A stretch of DNA of 32,000 nucleotides from Thalassospiraceae bacterium (GTDB taxonomy: Bacteria > Pseudomonadota > Alphaproteobacteria > Rhodospirillales > Casp-alpha2). The notes under the pieces are model-generated. The model was not told the DNA's origin, searched no databases, and saw only the letters and a list, made by a program, of their open reading frames with translations. Where the stretch lies: positions 1 through 32,000 of the forward strand of contig JAYNVG010000024.1 in the NCBI GenBank assembly GCA_038100295.1, given 5' to 3'. A program made the translations under genes and the position numbers. This document shows positions 26,024 through 32,000 of this stretch, piece after piece. The number at the start of each line of letters is the position of its first letter. Within the stretch, counting starts at the first letter, position 1.

Positions 26024-26790
26024 CACGCGAAGCCGGATGGCCGGTGCCGCGTACGCTCGCGTCATCCATCGTCGCCGCCGGTGCCGCGCTCGTGTTCTGG
26101 AGCATCGCCCCAGCCGATTTTCCCCGTTCGCACACGACGATCCTCGGGCTCGCGTTCTTCGCCGGCATACTGGCCGTTGTCATTGGCCGCATCATGCGGC
26201 TTGGCAATGCCTGGCTGGCATTAACCGGCATCGCCACGCCGGCACTGGTGCTGGTGCCGGTGTATCAGCCGCCGTTCTGGATCTTTCCGCTGATCGTGGT
26301 GCTGCTGGCCGGCTTCTATATCAACGGGGTCCGCGAGAAGGTGCCGCTGTATCTTTCCAACTCGAAAACCGAGAACGCGCTCGACGCCTTGTTCGCAGAG
26401 GCAGGGGGGCGCTGTTTCATCGACCTCGGCTGCGGGCTCGGCGGTGTAACCGACGCCGTGGCCAAAGCGCATCCGGAGGCCAGGATCATCGGCGTCGAAA
26501 CGGCGCCGCTGTCGTTCCTGATTTCCTGGCTGAGAATCGCCGCGCTCGGACGGCGGAACGCTGATATACGCTTCAAGAGCATCTGGCACACGGATGTCAG
26601 CGACGCCGACATGGTCTATGCGTTCCTATCGCTGGCACCGATGAGCCGGCTTTACGAAAAGCTCAAAGCCGAGATGAAGCCGGGGGCGCTGTTCGTATCC
26701 AACAGCTTCGCCGTGCCGGGCGGAGAACCCGATGAAATCGTGCAGGTCGACGACGGCAGGCAGACGCAGTTGCTGGTATGGCGTATGTGA
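26020..26790 (+). CDS. Membrane-anchored class I SAM-dependent methyltransferase
   Basis: An ATGA overlap joins it to the flavin reductase stop. The N-terminal ~100 aa hold 3-4 hydrophobic helices. Then come SAM motif I (FIDLGCGLGGV), the post-I acidic residue (IGVE) and a later DMVYAF motif. Confidence 0.75.
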   Translation: MTREAGWPVPRTLASSIVAAGAALVFWSIAPADFPRSHTTILGLAFFAGILAVVIGRIMRLGNAWLALTGIATPALVLVPVYQPPFWIFPLIVVLLAGFYINGVREKVPLYLSNSKTENALDALFAEAGGRCFIDLGCGLGGVTDAVAKAHPEARIIGVETAPLSFLISWLRIAALGRRNADIRFKSIWHTDVSDADMVYAFLSLAPMSRLYEKLKAEMKPGALFVSNSFAVPGGEPDEIVQVDDGRQTQLLVWRM

Positions 26791-26796
26791 CCGCGC

Positions 26797-28008
26797 TCAG
26801 CGCATGTCCGACAAAAGCCGCGTGCCGAAACCGGCGGCTTCCAACGCCGCCATGATCTCGCGCACATGATCGGCGTCGATGGTTTCGATGGCGATGTCGA
26901 CGTCCGCTTCCTTGACCGGCACATCGCGGAACATCCGCTGATGCAGCACATCGACGATATTGCCGCCCTTGTCGCCGATGATGCCGGCAACGGCCGCCAG
27001 GGCGCCCGGCATATCGATCAGGGTTATGCGCAGTTTTGCGAGCCGCCCGTCGCGCACCAGGCCGCGCATCAGCACCGACGACAGCAGCCTTGAATCGATA
27101 TTGCCGCCGGACACCATCAGCCCGACCTTGCGGCCCTTGAATCTTTCACGCTCCGCCAGCATCAACGCCAGCGGCACGGCGCCCGATCCTTCGACGATCA
27201 GCCGCTGCACGTCGACGAAGACCTGCACCGCGCGTTCAATATCGGCTTCGGTAACCACGGCCACGCCGTTCATGTGCGCTTTTAGGATCGGTGTCGTCAT
27301 CTCGCCCGGCTCCTTGACGGCGATCCCGTCAGCAATGGTCGCGCCCCGGCCGTGCGGCGGCTCGCCCTTGAAGGCCTGATACATGGAAGGGTAGGCATCC
27401 GCCTGCGCACCGACGACTTCAAGGGCCGGATTATGCGCAGCGGCGGCAATGCAGCATCCCGCCGCCAGGCCACCGCCGCCGATCGGCACGACGATTACGT
27501 CCAGGTCCGGTACGTCTTCGAGCAATTCCGCCGTCGCCGTGCCTTGTCCGGCAATCACGTGCGGATCGTCATAGGGATGGATGAAGACCTTGCCTTCGGC
27601 TTCGGCGGCCTGCATCGCCAGAATCCGGGATTCGGCGACGCTCTCGCCTTCGAGGATCACCGTGGCGCCCAGCGCTTCGGTTCTGGCGACCTTGGTGAAG
27701 GGGGTGTTGGCGGGCATATAGATCGCCGCCGGAATACCCAGTCGCTGCGCATGATAGCCGACGCCCTGCGCATGGTTGCCGGCGGACGCCGCGATGACGC
27801 CGGCGCCACGCTCGGCTTCGCTCAGCGACGACATGCGCACGTACGAGCCGCGCACCTTGAACGATCCCGTGACCTGCTGGTTCTCGAGTTTCAGGTAAAC
27901 CTCGGCGCCGGTCAGGTTGGAAAGCGCCGGCGAAAGTATCGTCGGGGTGTGCAGCACCTGACCCGCCAGGAGTTCCCGCGCCTTGTTGATGTCGTTGATG
28001 TCGATCAC
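26797..28008 (-). CDS. ilvA: Threonine ammonia-lyase (PLP fold type II, with C-terminal ACT-like regulatory domain)
   Basis: The product has KLENQQVTGSFKVRG (PLP Lys), SAGNHAQGV, the GGGGL loop and a C-terminal ~75-aa ACT-like domain. At 403 aa it is the short-form IlvA/TdcB type. Confidence 0.8.
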   Translation of the reverse strand: MIDINDINKARELLAGQVLHTPTILSPALSNLTGAEVYLKLENQQVTGSFKVRGSYVRMSSLSEAERGAGVIAASAGNHAQGVGYHAQRLGIPAAIYMPANTPFTKVARTEALGATVILEGESVAESRILAMQAAEAEGKVFIHPYDDPHVIAGQGTATAELLEDVPDLDVIVVPIGGGGLAAGCCIAAAAHNPALEVVGAQADAYPSMYQAFKGEPPHGRGATIADGIAVKEPGEMTTPILKAHMNGVAVVTEADIERAVQVFVDVQRLIVEGSGAVPLALMLAERERFKGRKVGLMVSGGNIDSRLLSSVLMRGLVRDGRLAKLRITLIDMPGALAAVAGIIGDKGGNIVDVLHQRMFRDVPVKEADVDIAIETIDADHVREIMAALEAAGFGTRLLSDMR

Positions 28009-28079
28009 GTTGCGACTCCGTTTACAGGGTGCGCGTCATACACCCGGAGCAATGTGCTGTCACCGCCTTTAGCCGTCGT

Positions 28080-29069
28080 TTAAATCGACAGTGCGCGGCT
28101 GAGCATCTCGGGATCGGCATTGCCGCCGGAGCAGACGACAACGACGATTTTGCCCCGAAGGTCGATTTTCTGTGTCAGCGCCGATGCCAGTGCCACGGCA
28201 CCGCCCGGCTCGACAACGATCTTCAGGGACAGCATCGCTGTCTTCATGGCCATCAGCACCTCGTCGTCGCTGACGCTGAGCCCGCCGGCCAGAAGGCGGC
28301 TGTTGAGTGAGAAAGTCAGCTCACCCGGGATCGGCGCCAGCAGCGCGTCGCAGATGGATTCCGCGCCATCGGGTACCGGAAGGCGCGAACCGGCTTCCAG
28401 CGAGCGCTTGTGATCGTCATAGGCTTCCGGTTCAGCGCTGTAGACCGGGCAGGCGAGGGTTCCCGAGATCGCCAGCGCAGTGCCGGAAATCAGGCCGCCG
28501 CCGCCCGCGGGGACAATGACCGCATCCGGATTCGCATCGATCTCCGCGACCTGCTCGGATATCTCCAGCCCTATGGTGCCCTGGCCGGCAATGATCAAAG
28601 GTTCGTCGTAGGGTTTGACGAGCACCGCGCCTTGTTCCTTTTGCAGGCGTTCGCCGATTTCCTCGCGGCTTTCCGTCTTGCGGTCGTAAAGTACGACGGT
28701 GCCGCCAAGTGCTTTGGTATTCGCGATCTTCGCCTTGGGCGCGTCACTGGGCATGATGATCGTCGACTTCATGCCCATCAGGCTCGCCGCCGCCGCAACA
28801 CCCTGCGCATGGTTGCCGGACGAAAACGCGACGACGCCGCCGGCACGCATGTCTTCGGGAATGCGCGAAATTTTATTGAAGGCACCGCGGAACTTGAACG
28901 ATCCGGTGCGCTGCAGGCATTCCGGCTTGACGATCAGGCGAAAGCCGAGCGTGTCGTTCAGGATCGTGTTCTCCAGAAGCGGCGTCCGGCGCGCCCAGCC
29001 CTGCAATTGCCGGGCGGCGTCCTGGACGTCGGCAAATACCGGCGGCTCAGAACTGTTCAAGGAATCCAT
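28080..29069 (-). CDS. Serine/threonine dehydratase family PLP enzyme (serine-racemase / 3-hydroxyaspartate ammonia-lyase-like)
   Basis: The product has KPECLQRTGSFKFRGA (PLP Lys), SSGNHAQGVA, PAGGGGLISG and CSGGN. There is no regulatory domain and it is 329 aa. Confidence 0.8.
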   Translation of the reverse strand: MDSLNSSEPPVFADVQDAARQLQGWARRTPLLENTILNDTLGFRLIVKPECLQRTGSFKFRGAFNKISRIPEDMRAGGVVAFSSGNHAQGVAAAASLMGMKSTIIMPSDAPKAKIANTKALGGTVVLYDRKTESREEIGERLQKEQGAVLVKPYDEPLIIAGQGTIGLEISEQVAEIDANPDAVIVPAGGGGLISGTALAISGTLACPVYSAEPEAYDDHKRSLEAGSRLPVPDGAESICDALLAPIPGELTFSLNSRLLAGGLSVSDDEVLMAMKTAMLSLKIVVEPGGAVALASALTQKIDLRGKIVVVVCSGGNADPEMLSRALSI

Positions 29070-29907
29070 TCAACGCCTCCACGCTTTTCGGTTCGGCCAG
29101 CCCCGGGGCATGCCCGACACCAGGCACGACGACCGATTGCATGTTGCTGTGATGTGCCGACATCTCGGCCAGCAGGGCTTCATCGAGGATATTCGACTTG
29201 GCACCGCGAACGGTCAAGACGGGGATGCGTCCGGTCGCCTTGAAAAGATGCCACAGGTCGTGCACCTCGGTTTTGTCGGCAAGGATCGGCTTCAGGATGT
29301 TGTCGTCCCAGTCGAAACCGATCGTCCCATCAGCGCGCTCGGTATAGCTCAGCATCGCGGCGCGGGTCCAATCAGCATCTTCCGAAAGCGGATACTCCCC
29401 GGTGAAGGCATCGCGCAGGTGCCGCCCGGCCGCGTCCCAGTCGGGCAGCGAGGGCGGGGATTTCATGTAGGCGATTATTCTGTCGAGGTCGCGCATGCGG
29501 ACGATGGGACCGACGTCGTTGAGCACCAGTCCCTTGAGCGACGTCGGCATCGCCGCCGCCATCGCCATCCCCATGATGCCGCCCATGGAGGTCCCCAGAA
29601 CGACAACGCTGTGAATACCGAGCGCGCACAGGATATGCCGCACGTCGCCGACATAGGTCTCGGGCCGATAGTTATTCCAATCCGGGTCGTAATCGGACTT
29701 GCTGCGTCCACGTGTGTCCGGGCAGATCACCCGGCGCGTGCGCCCGTGATATTTTCCGATACCGCCGAAGTCCTTGGAACTGCGGGTCAGGCCGCCGAGA
29801 CAGAGCAGGGGCGTGCGGGTGCCGCCACTGGGGCCCGGATAGTCCCGGACATACAGGGACAGACCGTCCTGGCTGGTGATCCTCCGCTCAATGAAATCCT
29901 TCGGCAT
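29047..29907 (-). CDS. Alpha/beta hydrolase fold protein
   Basis: The nucleophile elbow VVLGTSMGG is present, with an upstream oxyanion-region GLT motif and a C-terminal PGVGHAP (catalytic His). It overlaps the downstream dehydratase gene by 23 nt. Confidence 0.8.
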   Translation of the reverse strand: MPKDFIERRITSQDGLSLYVRDYPGPSGGTRTPLLCLGGLTRSSKDFGGIGKYHGRTRRVICPDTRGRSKSDYDPDWNNYRPETYVGDVRHILCALGIHSVVVLGTSMGGIMGMAMAAAMPTSLKGLVLNDVGPIVRMRDLDRIIAYMKSPPSLPDWDAAGRHLRDAFTGEYPLSEDADWTRAAMLSYTERADGTIGFDWDDNILKPILADKTEVHDLWHLFKATGRIPVLTVRGAKSNILDEALLAEMSAHHSNMQSVVVPGVGHAPGLAEPKSVEALNGFLEQF

Positions 29908-29920
29908 GCGGCGGCGCTGC

Positions 29921-30595
29921 TCAGAGTCCGAGCAGCGGAGGCAGGCCGTTGAGATCGCTGATCATCTCGCGGATTTCACCGGGCAGGCGTTCCGGCGGCT
30001 GGCCGAAACGGTTGACCCAGACGACCTGGAACCCGAAGTTCGCCGCTGCCCAGGCATCCCAGGCATTCGACGACATGAAGCAGATGCGTTCCTTCGGCAC
30101 ATCAAGGTCATCGCACGACATCTGGTAAATTCGTGGATCCGGCTTGTAGATACCGATCCGTTCGACGGACGAGACTGCATCCAGATCCAGCTTGGCGTTG
30201 TTGACGGCGGCATTCAGCATGTCCGGCGAGCCATTGGAGAGTGTCGCGACCTTCTTGCCACCGGCTTTCAGCGTTGCCATCACGCCGGGGACTTCGGGAT
30301 AGGCATCAAGTTCGAAATAGATATCCAGCAGCTTCTGGCGCAGATCCGCATCGTCGATACCGTACATGGCCAGCGCGTAATCGAGGCTGTCCTGCGTGAT
30401 CTGCCAGAACGGCACGTATTCATGCATCAGGCTTCTGAGCCAGGTGTATTGAAGCTGCTTGTCGCGCCACGTCTGTGCCAGCGGCGCCCACTTGTCGCCC
30501 AGTTCCTTCTGACAGTGCGATGCGGCGGCGGCTACGTCGAACAACGTACCGTAGGCATCGAACACACAGGCGTCGATGTTATCGATGGTGGCCAT
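29921..30595 (-). CDS. Haloacid dehalogenase type II (HAD superfamily)
   Basis: ATG 30595 has GGGGAGA about 8 nt upstream. The product has VFDAYGTLFD (nucleophile Asp), LQYTWLR, TLSNG, YKPDPRIY and SSNAWDAWAA motifs typical of L-2-haloacid dehalogenases. Confidence 0.85.
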   Translation of the reverse strand: MATIDNIDACVFDAYGTLFDVAAAASHCQKELGDKWAPLAQTWRDKQLQYTWLRSLMHEYVPFWQITQDSLDYALAMYGIDDADLRQKLLDIYFELDAYPEVPGVMATLKAGGKKVATLSNGSPDMLNAAVNNAKLDLDAVSSVERIGIYKPDPRIYQMSCDDLDVPKERICFMSSNAWDAWAAANFGFQVVWVNRFGQPPERLPGEIREMISDLNGLPPLLGL

Positions 30596-30788
30596 GGCTG
30601 GATTCTCCCCGGAAGTGTTTATGGCGATAAACTTGGCGACCGGAGACAGGGGGGTCAATAGCGCACACCGTGATCCCGTCACCGGACAGACGGAGTATCG
30701 ATCACAAACGCAACCGGTGATTCCGAAACATCTGTCCGGTTATCCTGAAACACCGTCTTCATATATTGCGGAAATCTCGAAAAAGAGA

Positions 30789-31274
30789 TCAGCCCTTGTC
30801 GCGGAGCAGGCGGCCTTTCTGTCGGTTCCAGTCGCGTTCCTTGACGGTTTCGCGCTTGTCATAGGTGTGTTTGCCTTCGCCGAGCGCCAGTTCCAGCTTT
30901 GCCATGCCGCGATCGTTGAAGTAGATTTTGAGCGGGATCAGCGCCATGCCTTTCTGCTTCTGCGAACCCAGCAGATGCGCCATCTGCTTCCTGTGCAGCA
31001 AGAGCTTCCGGTCACGAACCGGTTCATGGTTGAAGATGCGCGATGCGCCTTCATAGACCGGGATATGCGCGTTGAAGAGATACATCTCGCCGTGCTTTTC
31101 GCCGGCAAAGGCCTCGTTCAGGCTGGCACGCCCGGCACGGAGGGATTTCACCTCCGTGCCGGTGAGCTGCAAGCCCGCTTCGACGGTTTCGACAATACTG
31201 TAGTCGCGCCGCGCGCGCCGGTTTTGCGCAACGACGTTGCCGCTGGTCTTTTTCTTTTTGTTCTTGCCGGCCAT
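30789..31274 (-). CDS. smpB: SsrA-binding protein SmpB
   Basis: The product has VAQNRRARRDYSIVETVEAGLQLTGTEVKSLR...YLFNAHIPVYE...HEPVRDRKLLLHRKQ...KGMALIPLKIYFN..G.AKLELALGEGKHTYDKRE. The start is ATG 31274; GTG 31289 is an alternative. Confidence 0.9.
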   Translation of the reverse strand: MAGKNKKKKTSGNVVAQNRRARRDYSIVETVEAGLQLTGTEVKSLRAGRASLNEAFAGEKHGEMYLFNAHIPVYEGASRIFNHEPVRDRKLLLHRKQMAHLLGSQKQKGMALIPLKIYFNDRGMAKLELALGEGKHTYDKRETVKERDWNRQKGRLLRDKG

Positions 31275-31318
31275 CGTATATCCGTTCACGCCCCATAGGG
31301 GCGTTGCCGTTGGCGCCC

Positions 31319-32000
31319 TTAGTTCAGCAGACCTGCGGACTGCATCGCTTCACGGACCTGCACCTTCGAGCTTTCGGCGATCTCGCAAAGCGGCAGACGT
31401 GTGTCCGGTTCGCATTTGCCGAGCAGGCTGGCGGCGTACTTCACCGGTCCAGGGCTGGCTTCACAGAACATCGCGATGTGCAGCGGCATCAGGCGCTTCT
31501 GGATTTCCATGACGGTATCCAGATCGCGGGCCTGCCATGCATCGTGCAGTTCCGCGCAGGCGCGCGGTGCAACATTCGCCGTCACCGAGATGCAGCCGTT
31601 ACCGCCACCGGCCAGGAACGGCACGATGGTCCCGTCCTCGCCGGAAAGCTGGCAGAAGTCAGGGCTGATCTTCATCGCCGTCTTCATCGGTCGCATCGGA
31701 TCGGCGGAAGCATCCTTGACCCCGACGATGTTCGGAATTTCAGCAAGCCGAGCCATCGTGTCGACGGTCATGTCGACGACGCTGCGGCCGGGTATGTTGT
31801 AGACGATGATCGGAATATCGACCGCGTCGGCAATCGCCGCATAGTGACGGTACAGGCCTTCCTGCGTCGGCTTGTTGTAATACGGCGTGACGATCAGCGC
31901 GGCGTCGGCACCGGCCTGCTTGGCATGCTTGGTGAGCCGGATCGCTTCCGCGGTCGAGTTCGACCCTGTGCCCGCGACGACCGGTACGCGGCCGTTGTTG
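31319..32000 (-). CDS. dapA: 4-hydroxy-tetrahydrodipicolinate synthase, 5'-truncated by the window edge
   Basis: The frame is open from the window end. It reads ...VPVVAGTGSNSTAEAIRLTKHAKQAGADAALIVTPYYNKPTQEGLYRHYAAIADAVDIPIIVYNIPGRS...IVGVKDAS..., which includes the catalytic Lys region. The stop is at 31319. Confidence 0.9.
   Translation of the reverse strand, partial: NNGRVPVVAGTGSNSTAEAIRLTKHAKQAGADAALIVTPYYNKPTQEGLYRHYAAIADAVDIPIIVYNIPGRSVVDMTVDTMARLAEIPNIVGVKDASADPMRPMKTAMKISPDFCQLSGEDGTIVPFLAGGGNGCISVTANVAPRACAELHDAWQARDLDTVMEIQKRLMPLHIAMFCEASPGPVKYAASLLGKCEPDTRLPLCEIAESSKVQVREAMQSAGLLN

Noticed and set aside
1-32000. A scan by eye for CRISPR arrays, IS elements or transposase genes, integrases, restriction-modification genes and known defence genes.
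   Set aside because: I found no regularly spaced direct repeats, no transposase or integrase-like translations in any frame of the ORF track, and no defence-associated domains.

Overview
This is a high-GC chromosomal segment that looks alphaproteobacterial, judged from gene content and order. Most of it is conserved housekeeping DNA.

Main contents:
- The core is a pyruvate dehydrogenase / lipoate block: FtsB-like gene, two ABM-domain genes, pdhA, pdhB (with an N-terminal lipoyl domain), pdhC, a cupin gene, lpdA, lipA and an SRPBCC/COQ10-like gene.
- Flanking genes include cinA/pgpA, an M23 endopeptidase overlapping a bactofilin gene, parC, bioY, bpt, motA-motB, and a flavin reductase coupled to a membrane methyltransferase.
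- A minus-strand cluster encodes a HAD dehalogenase, an alpha/beta hydrolase and two PLP dehydratases, followed by smpB and a truncated dapA.
- The left part holds an MDR oxidoreductase, an NDUFS4-like protein, a DUF4197 protein, tRNA-Arg(UCU), a pirin gene and an SOS-box-controlled umuDC operon.

Features that do not look routine:
1. The first ~1 kb is visibly AT-rich and non-coding or decayed. It holds a TspO-like remnant and ends at an orphan tRNA-Pro 3' fragment, which fits the distal edge of an integrated island.
2. Two otherwise well-conserved genes are disrupted. Pirin is frameshifted by +1 in a C5 run, and motA carries an in-frame TAG where Tyr is expected.
3. The lipoyl domains of pdhB and pdhC share long perfect nucleotide tracts.
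4. A TTGATT-based palindrome lies upstream of bioY.

I do not see convincing evidence for a novel multi-gene system such as a defence island, CRISPR array or toxin cassette. The most system-like candidates are the M23/bactofilin pair, the four-gene hydrolase/dehydratase cluster and the flavin reductase-methyltransferase pair.

All calls come from reading the sequence and the supplied translations. No database search was run.
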